Assembly (NCBI GenBank): GCA_964453345.1
Contig: CAYVOC010000039.1
Coordinates: 1 to 12,713, forward strand
DNA length: 12,713 nucleotides
Origin: an uncultured Aquificales bacterium
GTDB lineage: Bacteria > Thermosulfidibacterota > Thermosulfidibacteria > Thermosulfidibacterales > Thermosulfidibacteraceae
Reading direction: 5' to 3'
Positions 1-8,236 of this stretch are shown in pieces. The notes below the pieces were generated by a model. It made no database searches and was not told where the DNA came from. It saw only the letters and a list, made by a program, of their open reading frames with translations. The translations under genes and the position numbers were made by a program. Position 1 is the first letter of the stretch; every line of letters starts with the position of its first letter.

Positions 1-3
1 GAC

Positions 4-32
4 TTGACAGGTTGGTTAGGTTAGTATAACTT
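4..32 (+). promoter_or_regulatory. sigma70-type promoter of the peroxiredoxin gene
   Basis: Perfect TTGACA at 4-9. TAACTT (TAnnnT) lies at 27-32 with a 17-bp spacer; alternative TATAAC at 25-30 has a 15-bp spacer. An A/T-rich leader follows. Confidence 0.65.
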
Positions 33-52
33 TTGAATAGAAAATAAAACTG

Positions 53-60
53 AAGGAGGT
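53..60 (+). promoter_or_regulatory. Shine-Dalgarno site of the peroxiredoxin gene
   Basis: AAGGAGGT ends 5 nt before ATG 66. Confidence 0.85.
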
Positions 61-65
61 TTAAG

Positions 66-707
66 ATGGAAGGGAGAATTCCTTTGATAGGGGAGAGGTT
101 TCCGGAGATTGAGGTGAAGACCACCCATGGGGTGAAGAGGTTGCCCGACGATTATAGGGGTAAGTGGTTTGTGCTTTTCAGTCACCCAGCTGATTTTACG
201 CCCGTGTGCACCACGGAGTTTGTGGCCTTTCAGAAAAGGTATCCTCAGTTTAGGGAGCTAAACTGCGAGCTTATAGGATTGAGTGTGGATCAGGTCTTTT
301 CCCATATTAAGTGGATTGAGTGGATAAGGGAGAAGCTGGGGGTGGAGATCGAGTTTCCGGTCATCGCCGATGACCTGGGCGGTGTTTCCAATGCCTTGGG
401 GTTGATTCATCCGGCCAAGGGAACCAACACGGTGAGAGCGGTCTTTGTGGTTGATCCCGATGGTGTGATAAGGGCCATTCTGTATTACCCACAGGAGCTG
501 GGTAGAAATGTGGATGAGATTGTGAGAATGGTCAGGGGCCTTCAGGTGTCCGATGCAGAGGGAGTGGCTTTGCCTGCCAACTGGCCCAACAACGAACTTA
601 TAGGGGACAAGGTGATTATTCCGCCTGCCGGTGATGTTAAGACCGCTGCTGAAAGGCCCAAGCAGTATGACTGTTACGATTGGTGGTTCTGTTATAAGAG
701 CCTGTAA
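66..707 (+). CDS. Peroxiredoxin, Prx6 subfamily (archaeal/thermophile TDXH type)
   Basis: [15 protein letters not shown] peroxidatic motif, [29 protein letters not shown] and C-terminal CYDWWFC. Strong SD. Confidence 0.95.
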   Translation: MEGRIPLIGERFPEIEVKTTHGVKRLPDDYRGKWFVLFSHPADFTPVCTTEFVAFQKRYPQFRELNCELIGLSVDQVFSHIKWIEWIREKLGVEIEFPVIADDLGGVSNALGLIHPAKGTNTVRAVFVVDPDGVIRAILYYPQELGRNVDEIVRMVRGLQVSDAEGVALPANWPNNELIGDKVIIPPAGDVKTAAERPKQYDCYDWWFCYKSL

Positions 708-719
708 GTCCTTAGTGTG

Positions 720-748
720 GGGGCATGGTTTCCCCATGCCCCTTTTTT
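720..748 (+). terminator. Rho-independent terminator between convergent prx and ade
   Basis: 9-bp perfect stem GGGGCATGG (720-728) / CCATGCCCC (734-742), 5-nt loop, then T6 (743-748) overlapping the ade stop codon. Confidence 0.85.
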
Positions 749-2477
749 AATCGGCGAAGAGATCCACAAAGCTGAATTTTTCTACATCCACCAAGCCTTT
801 ATCAGTAATCTTCAGCTTGGGTATGACGGGTAATGCCAGAAAGGATATGGCCATAAAGGGGTTATCGTGCTGGGCACCTATGCCCTTTGTGAAGGCTTTC
901 AGTTCCTTGAGGCGAGATGCTACATAGGTTGCGCTTTTGTCGGACATAAGCCCTGCTATGGGAAGCTCCAAGGAAAGTTTTACCTCTCCGTCCACGGCAA
1001 CGGCAAGTCCGCCGTTCATGGAGATTATGTGTTTTACCGCAACTTCCATGTCCCTGTCGTTTGTCCCCACTACTACTATGTTGTGGGAATCATGGGCAAC
1101 GGATGAGGCGATAGCCCCCTTTTTTATGCCTATCCCCTTGACAAAGCCTACTCCAATGTTGCCCGTTCCCTTGTGCCTTTCAACTACGGCGATCTTGAGA
1201 ATGTCCCTTTCCACATCGGCTACAACCCTGCCATCCTCTATTTTTGCATCTTCTATCAGGTGTTCTGTGACAATCTCGTCGGGTATTATGCCTATCACCC
1301 TTATTCTTTTTCCCTTGGCATCGACTTTGAAGGGATCATCTTTTAGCTTTACGTTGAATTTGGGCAGCTGTAACTCTGCTCTTCGGAATATGTCTATGAG
1401 GAGCCTTTTCTTTTCTGCCACCACCACACCGTTTTTTATGACAAACAGGGGAAAGAAGCGTTTTAGATCTTCCACTATGACTATATCTGCTATGTATCCG
1501 GGTGCGACGGCTCCCCTTCTTCTAAGGTTGAAGTAGAAGGCGGGGTTAAAGGTTGCCATTCTCACGGCTATGTTTGGAGGAAGCCCCATGTAAACGGCTT
1601 TCCTTAGCAGTTCGTCCATGTGCCCTTCTTCCAGAAGATCGTCGGCGTGCCTGTCGTCGCTTACCAGCATAAAGCGGGATACGCCGTAGGCCCTTACCAG
1701 CGGCACAAGGGCGGCCATGTTCTTGGCGGTGGACCCTTCCCTTATCATGATATACATGCCCCTCTTCAGCTTATCCTCCGCCTCCTGGAGGTGGGTGCAT
1801 TCGTGGTCTGAGGCTATTCCGGTGGATACATAGGCGCATAGTTCGTCTCCCATGAGTCCGGGGGCGTGTCCGTCCACCCTCTTGCCCACCGATATGGCCG
1901 TGTAGATTTTTCTGAGGATTTCCTCATCGCCGTTTATGACGCCCGGAAAGTTCATCACTTCCCCCAGTCCCACTATCCTGTTGTGGGTGAGCCATTCGGC
2001 TATGTCCTCCACCTTTAGAATGGCTCCTGATGTTTCAAAGTCTAAGGTGGCAGGGACACAGGAGGGGACTGTGAAGAAGAAGTCCACGGGTAGTCCTTCG
2101 CTTTCCAGTAGCATGTATTCTATGCCTTTGTTTCCGCATACGTTGGCTATCTCATGGGGATCGGCGATGACGGCTGTGGTCCCTCTGGGGAGAACCGCCT
2201 TGGTGAATTCTACGGGATTGAGCATGCTGCTCTCTACGTGTATGTGGGCGTCTATGAACCCTGGGAGGATGAAGCCCTTGGGGAGTTCTATTACTATGTC
2301 GGCCTCGTAACCGTGCCCTAAGGCGGCTATGTATCCGTCTTTTATGGCGACTTCCTTCTTTTCCAGCTTTCCGCAGAACACATCCAGGACCATGCAGCCC
2401 TTTATCACAATGTCCGCCTTTTCCCTTTTGGTTGCCACCTCTATCAGCGACTTCATCACAGGTATGTCCAGCGGCAT
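747..2477 (-). CDS. ade: Adenine deaminase (amidohydrolase superfamily)
   Basis: PGFIDAHIHVESS, DPHEIANV, GLGEVMN, DGHAPG, DHEC, IREGS, VSDD, SVAHDSHN and LPIAGLMS motifs; 576 aa. GGAGG SD on the minus strand at 2489-2485. Confidence 0.95.
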   Translation of the reverse strand: MPLDIPVMKSLIEVATKREKADIVIKGCMVLDVFCGKLEKKEVAIKDGYIAALGHGYEADIVIELPKGFILPGFIDAHIHVESSMLNPVEFTKAVLPRGTTAVIADPHEIANVCGNKGIEYMLLESEGLPVDFFFTVPSCVPATLDFETSGAILKVEDIAEWLTHNRIVGLGEVMNFPGVINGDEEILRKIYTAISVGKRVDGHAPGLMGDELCAYVSTGIASDHECTHLQEAEDKLKRGMYIMIREGSTAKNMAALVPLVRAYGVSRFMLVSDDRHADDLLEEGHMDELLRKAVYMGLPPNIAVRMATFNPAFYFNLRRRGAVAPGYIADIVIVEDLKRFFPLFVIKNGVVVAEKKRLLIDIFRRAELQLPKFNVKLKDDPFKVDAKGKRIRVIGIIPDEIVTEHLIEDAKIEDGRVVADVERDILKIAVVERHKGTGNIGVGFVKGIGIKKGAIASSVAHDSHNIVVVGTNDRDMEVAVKHIISMNGGLAVAVDGEVKLSLELPIAGLMSDKSATYVASRLKELKAFTKGIGAQHDNPFMAISFLALPVIPKLKITDKGLVDVEKFSFVDLFAD

Positions 2478-2493
2478 CTTCAGCCCTCCACCC

Positions 2494-2522
2494 TTTAAGT
2501 AGGAGTGCTGTTAGTATATAGT
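2494..2522 (+). promoter_or_regulatory. Candidate sigma70 promoter of the DUF4390-ntrYX-purMN operon
   Basis: TATAGT at 2517-2522 with a weak -35 (TTTAAG, 2494-2499) at 17-bp spacing. Confidence 0.4.
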
Positions 2523-2541
2523 AAAAGGCTATGAAACTCAA
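2513..2541 (-). promoter_or_regulatory. sigma70-type promoter of ade
   Basis: Minus strand TTGAGT (2541-2536), 17-bp spacer, TATACT (2518-2513). Confidence 0.55.
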
Positions 2542-3019
2542 AAGGTTCTGCTGGGCGGCTCTGTTTTTTGTTATGTTAACGGGAATGGCTTACTCTGTAG
2601 ATTTTAAAATCCTTAGCTGTAGCTTTCGCAGGCTTGATGGATCCGTTGAGGTTCAGATACGCTTCGATAGCCAGCTTGTTACCGATGTGAAGCAGAGGTT
2701 GAGTGAGGGAGCCGATTATATACTTAGGCTTGATTTTGAAACCAAGAAGGGGAAGTTGAAGAGGCGGGTGTCCCTCTCCTACAACCCGATAACCAGACTC
2801 TACGTCTTTTCCATAGACGGAAAGGAGGAGCGTTTCAGACACGCTGTTCTTCTTTATCAGAGACTTAGATGTTTGAGGTTGATCCTGGATAATGAGCCTG
2901 TCAGGGTCAGGGCGGTGAGAACAGATCCCTACATGCCCTTTCCCTTCAATCTCATTCCGGGTCTAAGCCTTCACCGGACCGATTGGGTAATATGCCATGG
3001 ACGCGGAAGGGAAGAATAG
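2531..3019 (+). CDS. Exported protein, probably DUF4390-like
   Basis: Signal peptide (MKLKR + hydrophobic stretch + AYS), an LSYNPITRLY segment and a C-terminal MPFPF...TDW segment. It lies immediately upstream of ntrY, where DUF4390 genes typically sit. Family call is by recall and context. Confidence 0.6.
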   Translation: MKLKRFCWAALFFVMLTGMAYSVDFKILSCSFRRLDGSVEVQIRFDSQLVTDVKQRLSEGADYILRLDFETKKGKLKRRVSLSYNPITRLYVFSIDGKEERFRHAVLLYQRLRCLRLILDNEPVRVRAVRTDPYMPFPFNLIPGLSLHRTDWVICHGRGREE

Positions 3020-5162
3020 GCTCAGACTTAAGGGGACTGTGACCACTGCCCTTGTGGTTGCCTTTGTCCTCACCCTCACCCTGTCTCTCCAGTTCTTCCT
3101 GGGGACTCCCAAGGGGCTGAGGCTTGTCCCTTCTGCAATAGCCGTGTTTGCCCTCATAGTGGTCAATCTCATTCTTGTTTCCATATTTATCCTCCTTATC
3201 GGTAGAATCCTGGTGAAGCTGTGGTTGAATAAGAGAAAGGGGCTTCCCGGGGCGAGCTTTTCCATAAAGCTGGTCTCTTCTGTTCTTCTTGCCACCACCG
3301 TTCCCGCCATTTTTCTCTTTTTTGTCTCTGCGGGTTTTGTGAGTAAGTCTGTTGAGGTCTGGTTCAGCGAAAGGAGAGAGGCTGCTCTGAAGTCGGTGGT
3401 GGATGTGGCAAAGGAATTCACCATGCTTCTGGAGAACACCTCCCAGCTTTTCTGCTCTTCTGTTGTGTCCGATTTGAAGAGGGAAGGGCTAATCCCTCTG
3501 CGCAAGGATAAAAACTCCTACTGGAAGGTTAAATGGATTTTGAACAACAGAGTTAGGCAGTTCGGGATGAAGTTTGCCGAGATATACCTTCCCGATGGCA
3601 CAAGGTATGCAACCACCCTAAAAAAGCTTAAAAGGCTGCACAGGGATATAGAGATTGAGAAGCTTGTGGTTAATGTCCTCAAGGATGGGGAACCTCACGG
3701 TTTTTACCACAAGCGCTACTACTGCTATCTGTATCCCTATGTTGAGGGTGGTTTTGTTATTTTTGCCGCCAAAAAGCTTTCTAAGAAGGCTTCCGCAGCC
3801 ATCTACGGCATCAACAAGACCTACCAGGAATACTCTTCCCTTAAGGTTATAAAGGACTCTATAAAAAACACCTACATAGCTGTTCTTCTCATGATAAGCG
3901 CCCTGATAATCTTCTCTTCCTCCTGGTATGCGTTGCAGATCGCCAAGGGGGTTACCGCTCCGGTCGAGGCTTTGATAAACGCCACCAAGGAGGTGGCAAG
4001 GGGCAACCTTGATGTTCAGCTTGAGGTCAAAGGAAGGGATGAGCTGGGTATGCTGGTGGCCCACTTTAACAGGATGATCAGGGAGCTTGCCGTAAACAGG
4101 AGAAAGCTTGAGGAGAGCAAGGCCTTTATTGAGACGGTGGTGGAGAGCATTGATACCGGGATAGTTTCGATAGATAGAAACGGCAGGATCACCACCATAA
4201 ACTCGGCGGCCCGCTCCATACTGGGGATAGAGAACAACCCTGTGGGGAAGAGATACTGGGAGGTGTTTCCCAAGGAGCAGCTCAAGCCCCTGTATGCTAT
4301 AATAAGAAAGCTCATAAGAAGCTCAAAGGGGGTTAGGCAGAAGGGGGAGATAACCTTATATGTGAAGGGTGAACCCAAGCATCTGCTTGTGGGGGCATCT
4401 ACCCTCTTTGATTCCAAGGGCAGGTGGACGGGGGTTGTTATAGTTCTGGAGGATATTACGGAACTTGTGAAGGCCCAGCGGGCCCAGGCCTGGGAGGAGG
4501 TGGCAAGGCGCCTTGCCCATGAGATAAAGAATCCCCTGACTCCCATCACCCTCTCTGCCCAGCGAATAAAGAGGAAGATAAGATCCGGGGCCTTATCGGA
4601 AAGGGATGCAGAGTCCCTTTCCGCATCTGCGGACACCATCGTAAGATGCGCGGAAAGTATAAGCAGTATGGTCAGCGAATTCTACAGATTTGCCAGATTA
4701 CCCGAAACGAAGCTTGCCCCTGAGGACATAAGGGAGGTTATTAGAGAGGCCGTTTCTCTATACAGAGATAATAAAAAGATTGACTTCAGGCTGGAATTCT
4801 CGGAAAATCTGCCTGAAAGAACCCTGCTGGACAGGGAGAAGATGATAAGTGTTTTTGTGAATCTTATTGATAACGCCATACATGCCATGGAGGGCGAGGG
4901 GACCGTAACCATAAGGGCGGATTACAGGGAGGATGAGAACAAGATTGTGATTGAGGTCGCCGATACCGGATGTGGTGTTCCGGATGAGTATAAGGATAAG
5001 CTCTTTTTGCCCTACTTTTCAAAGCGCAAGGGGGGAACCGGGCTGGGGCTTGCCATAGTGGACAGGATCATAGCCGACCACAACGGTTATATAAGGGTTA
5101 GGGATAACGTTCCTAAGGGGACGGTTTTTGTGATAGAGATACCTCACAGGGAGAGGCCATGA
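2997..5162 (+). CDS. ntrY: NtrY-like sensor histidine kinase (TM helices, periplasmic domain, HAMP, PAS, HisKA, HATPase)
   Basis: H-box AWEEVARRLAHEIKNPLTPI, HAMP (EVARGNL...DELGMLVAHFNRM), PAS (ESIDTGIVSID), N-box NLIDNA, DTGCG, and GTGLGLAIV. Confidence 0.88.
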   Translation: MDAEGKNRLRLKGTVTTALVVAFVLTLTLSLQFFLGTPKGLRLVPSAIAVFALIVVNLILVSIFILLIGRILVKLWLNKRKGLPGASFSIKLVSSVLLATTVPAIFLFFVSAGFVSKSVEVWFSERREAALKSVVDVAKEFTMLLENTSQLFCSSVVSDLKREGLIPLRKDKNSYWKVKWILNNRVRQFGMKFAEIYLPDGTRYATTLKKLKRLHRDIEIEKLVVNVLKDGEPHGFYHKRYYCYLYPYVEGGFVIFAAKKLSKKASAAIYGINKTYQEYSSLKVIKDSIKNTYIAVLLMISALIIFSSSWYALQIAKGVTAPVEALINATKEVARGNLDVQLEVKGRDELGMLVAHFNRMIRELAVNRRKLEESKAFIETVVESIDTGIVSIDRNGRITTINSAARSILGIENNPVGKRYWEVFPKEQLKPLYAIIRKLIRSSKGVRQKGEITLYVKGEPKHLLVGASTLFDSKGRWTGVVIVLEDITELVKAQRAQAWEEVARRLAHEIKNPLTPITLSAQRIKRKIRSGALSERDAESLSASADTIVRCAESISSMVSEFYRFARLPETKLAPEDIREVIREAVSLYRDNKKIDFRLEFSENLPERTLLDREKMISVFVNLIDNAIHAMEGEGTVTIRADYREDENKIVIEVADTGCGVPDEYKDKLFLPYFSKRKGGTGLGLAIVDRIIADHNGYIRVRDNVPKGTVFVIEIPHRERP

Positions 5163-6505
5163 GGGAGTATATACTGATCGTTGATGATGAGCCGGATATT
5201 CTATCCACTCTGAAGGACGTGCTGGAGGACGAGGGATACAGGACCTACGGGGTGACCACCGGTGAGGAGGCCCTGCAGGTTGTCGATAAGGAGTTGCCCG
5301 ATCTTGTGATCCTTGATGTGTGGCTTGAGGGTATTGATGGTATAGAGGTTCTGGGGCAGCTCAAGCAGAAGTATCCGGATCTCCCTGTGCTTATAATATC
5401 GGGCCACGGGACCATAGAGACGGCCATAAAGGCGGTGAAGCTTGGCGCCTACGATTTTATAGAGAAGCCCATAAACCTGGATAGACTCTTGCTCAAGGTT
5501 GAGAAGGCTATTGAGGAGTCCAGATTTCATCAGCGGTATAGGCTCCTAAGGGAAGAGGGCAAGAAGCGGCTTACCGGGGTCAGCCCTGCAATAAAAAAGG
5601 TGATTGAACAGATAGAGCTTGTTGCCCCCACCGACTGCTGGGTTCTTATATACGGTGAAAGCGGGACGGGAAAGGAGCTTGCCGCAAGGATGATCCACGA
5701 TCTTTCCCCCAGGAAGGATGGTCCCTTTGTGGTTGTGAATTGTGCGGTTTTGCCCGAAGAGAACATAGAGGTGGAACTTTTCGGGTGTGAGCCGGACGCC
5801 GCACTGGGCAGGGGCTTCAGGAAAGGGAAGTTTGAGCTTGCAGATGGGGGGACCCTTTACTTTGATGAAGTGGCGGACATGGATCTGAAGGTTCAGGCTA
5901 AGGTTTTGAGGGCGCTTGAGGAGTTGAAGATAGAGAGGGTGGGCAGCAACAGGAGCATAGATGTGGATATAAGGGTCATAGCTTCCACCAACAGGAACCT
6001 TGAGGAGGAGGTGAAGAAGGGCAACTTCAGACACGAGCTTTTTTACAGGTTGAACGTTTTCCCCTTGAGGATCCCTCCTCTGAGGGAAAGAAGGGAAGAT
6101 ATCCCTGTGCTGGCAAGACAATTTCTGAACGAGTTTTCCAGAAAGTATAGAAGAGATGTCAGGGATATATCGCCTGCTGCCTTGAAGATACTTATGAGCT
6201 ACCACTGGCCGGGAAATGTGAGAGAACTGAAGAACCTTATGGAACGGCTTGTTATAACGGTTCAAAAGGAGGTTATTGAGGAGAGCGATCTTCCTTATCC
6301 CTTGGGAACCCAGTCCAGCAGCATAACCGAGGCGAAGAGCCTTAAAGAGGCGAGGGAGGCCTTTGAGAGGGAGTATATACTGAGGGTGCTGAAAAAGAAC
6401 GAGTGGAACATATCAAGAACAGCTGAGGAACTCGGTATAGAAAGGAGCCATCTTTACAAAAAGCTCAAAAGCTTTGGAATAAGGAGGGAAGAGGGTGAAG
6501 TATAA
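5159..6505 (+). CDS. ntrX: NtrX-like response regulator (REC, AAA+, Fis-type HTH) with degenerate GAFTGA
   Basis: ILIVDDE, LDVWL, ISGHG, GAYDFIEKP, Walker A GESGTGKE, Walker B YFDE, LFYRLNV, WPGNVREL, and HTH NISRTAEELGIERSHLYKKLK. ATGA overlap with the kinase. Confidence 0.88.
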   Translation: MREYILIVDDEPDILSTLKDVLEDEGYRTYGVTTGEEALQVVDKELPDLVILDVWLEGIDGIEVLGQLKQKYPDLPVLIISGHGTIETAIKAVKLGAYDFIEKPINLDRLLLKVEKAIEESRFHQRYRLLREEGKKRLTGVSPAIKKVIEQIELVAPTDCWVLIYGESGTGKELAARMIHDLSPRKDGPFVVVNCAVLPEENIEVELFGCEPDAALGRGFRKGKFELADGGTLYFDEVADMDLKVQAKVLRALEELKIERVGSNRSIDVDIRVIASTNRNLEEEVKKGNFRHELFYRLNVFPLRIPPLRERREDIPVLARQFLNEFSRKYRRDVRDISPAALKILMSYHWPGNVRELKNLMERLVITVQKEVIEESDLPYPLGTQSSSITEAKSLKEAREAFEREYILRVLKKNEWNISRTAEELGIERSHLYKKLKSFGIRREEGEV

Positions 6506-7523
6506 GGATGCCGGCGTCGATATAGATAAGGCGGATTCCTTAGTGGAGATCGTTAAGCGCATTTCAGCCTCCACCTTGAGACCCGAAATCAGGCAGGGGA
6601 TAGGCGGCTATGCGGGGCTTTTCAGGATCTCCGGTTACAAAAGGCCCGTCTTTGGCGCAACAACGGATGGAGTGGGCACAAAGTTGAAGGTGGCCTTTAT
6701 GGCTGGCGTTCACAATACCGTCGGCATAGATCTTGTGGCCATGAGCGTGAACGATCTCATCACCTCCGGGCTGGATCCCTTAATTTTTCTCGATTACTTC
6801 GCCTGTGGCAGGCTGGACGAGAAGGTCTATGTAGAGGTGGTTAAGGGCGTTGCTGAGGGCTGCAGGCTTGCTGAGTGTTCCCTAATAGGTGGTGAGACTG
6901 CGGAGATGCCCGGCTTTTATCCCGAGGGGGAGTATGATCTTGCGGGCTTCTGTGTTGGGGTCTGTGAGGAGGAGGAGCTGATTGTTCCCGATCCTTCAAA
7001 GCAGGATATAGCCATTGGGCTTCGATCATCAGGTCTTCACAGCAACGGTTATTCCTTGGCGAGAAAGATCGTCTTTGAAAAGATGGGGTTTTCCGTTGAT
7101 AGTCACATTCCTGAGCTGGGGAAAACCATAGGTGAGGAGCTTCTCACCCCCACCAGGATATATGTAAGGGCCATAAAGGCTTTGAAGAGATCGGGGGTGA
7201 ACATCAAGGGCATTGCCCACATAACCGGGGGAGGGCTCCTTGAAAAGCCCAAGAGGTTGCTTAAAAAGGGCTTCTCTTTGTGCATATACACCGATTCCTG
7301 GGAGCCGCAGCCCATATTCAGGTTGCTTGAAAAGTGGGGAGATGTCCCGAGGGAGGAGATGTTCAGGACCTTCAACATGGGAGTGGGCATGCTGGTTCTG
7401 GTTCCGCCCTCTGAAGTGGACAGGGCTGTGGAGGTGCTTAAATCTTCTGGTGAAGAGGCCTTCCCCATGGGGGAGGTTGTTGAAGGAGAAGGGGAGGTGA
7501 AGCTATGGGAGGGAAGATTTTGA
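6495..7523 (+). CDS. purM: Phosphoribosylformylglycinamidine cyclo-ligase (AIR synthetase)
   Basis: YKDAGVDID, TDGVGTK, GIDLVAMSVND, FLDY, GGETAEMPG, YDLAGF, SSGLHSNGYSL, LLTPTRIY, HITGGG, TFNMGVG. GTG start with AAGGAGG SD. Confidence 0.96.
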   Translation: MKYKDAGVDIDKADSLVEIVKRISASTLRPEIRQGIGGYAGLFRISGYKRPVFGATTDGVGTKLKVAFMAGVHNTVGIDLVAMSVNDLITSGLDPLIFLDYFACGRLDEKVYVEVVKGVAEGCRLAECSLIGGETAEMPGFYPEGEYDLAGFCVGVCEEEELIVPDPSKQDIAIGLRSSGLHSNGYSLARKIVFEKMGFSVDSHIPELGKTIGEELLTPTRIYVRAIKALKRSGVNIKGIAHITGGGLLEKPKRLLKKGFSLCIYTDSWEPQPIFRLLEKWGDVPREEMFRTFNMGVGMLVLVPPSEVDRAVEVLKSSGEEAFPMGEVVEGEGEVKLWEGRF

Positions 7524-8167
7524 AGCTTGGAGTTCTTATATCCGGAAGAGGAAGTAATCTGCAGTCGATCATAGACCACATAGAGGCTGGAAAGATTCCG
7601 GCAAAAATAGAGGTGGTCATCTCCGACAAGAAGGAGGCTTACGGTCTGGAGAGGGCGAAAAGACACGGGATCGAAGCGCTTTTCATAGATCCCAAGGCCT
7701 ATCCCAGCAGGGAGGAGTTTGAAAAGGCGGTGGGGGATGAGCTTGAAAAAAGGGGAGTGGAGTTGATCTGCCTTGCGGGCTTTATGCGCATCCTTTCTCC
7801 CTATTTTGTTAACAGGTTTAAGAATAGAATAATAAACATTCATCCTGCCCTTCTGCCTTCCTTTCCAGGGCTTCACGGGCAGAAGCAGGCCCTTGATTAC
7901 GGGGTGAAGATAGCCGGCTGCACGGTCCATTTTGTGGACGAAGGTGTGGATTCCGGCCCTATAATCATACAGGCTGCTGTCCCCGTTTACGATGACGATA
8001 CCGAGGACACCCTCTCTGCCCGCATTCTCAGGTATGAGCACAAGATCTACCCCATGGCCATAAAGCTCATAGCTGAGGGCAGGGTGAGGGTGGAGGGCAG
8101 AAGGGTTATAATCGATGGGGTTGAGAAAAAAGACTGGGGTGTCGTAAACCCGCCTCTTGAGATTTAG
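7520..8167 (+). CDS. purN: Phosphoribosylglycinamide formyltransferase
   Basis: VLISGRGSNLQ, LAGFMRILS, NIHPALLPSFPG, GCTVHFVDEGVDSGPII, EH. Start placed at TTG 7520 (TTGA overlap with the purM stop, GGAGG at 7508-7512) rather than ATG 7505. Confidence 0.95.
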   Translation: MKLGVLISGRGSNLQSIIDHIEAGKIPAKIEVVISDKKEAYGLERAKRHGIEALFIDPKAYPSREEFEKAVGDELEKRGVELICLAGFMRILSPYFVNRFKNRIINIHPALLPSFPGLHGQKQALDYGVKIAGCTVHFVDEGVDSGPIIIQAAVPVYDDDTEDTLSARILRYEHKIYPMAIKLIAEGRVRVEGRRVIIDGVEKKDWGVVNPPLEI

Positions 8168-8204
8168 TCCTTTTCTAAGCTTGAGGAGTTCTTGTTTGCA
8201 TCTT

Positions 8205-8227
8205 AGTTGACAATTTTGTTGTCAGCT
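8205..8227 (+). promoter_or_regulatory. Palindromic operator overlapping a perfect -35 (TTGACA 8207-8212) upstream of the MerR-family gene
   Basis: AGTTGACAA-N5-TTGTCAGCT, an inverted repeat with 8 of 9 positions matching. Confidence 0.6.
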
Positions 8228-8236
8228 TATATGTAA

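Noticed and set aside
7242-7256. PurM EKPKR in place of the usual ENxPR after HITGGG
   Set aside because: All core catalytic motifs are intact and the frame is continuous; likely lineage variation.
7505-7519. purN start at ATG 7505
   Set aside because: TTG 7520 has a well-spaced GGAGG, overlaps the purM stop and matches the family start. ATG 7505 is not fully excluded.
8168-8204. Possible terminator after purN
   Set aside because: Only a weak G-U-rich pairing is possible, with no convincing stem plus U-tract.
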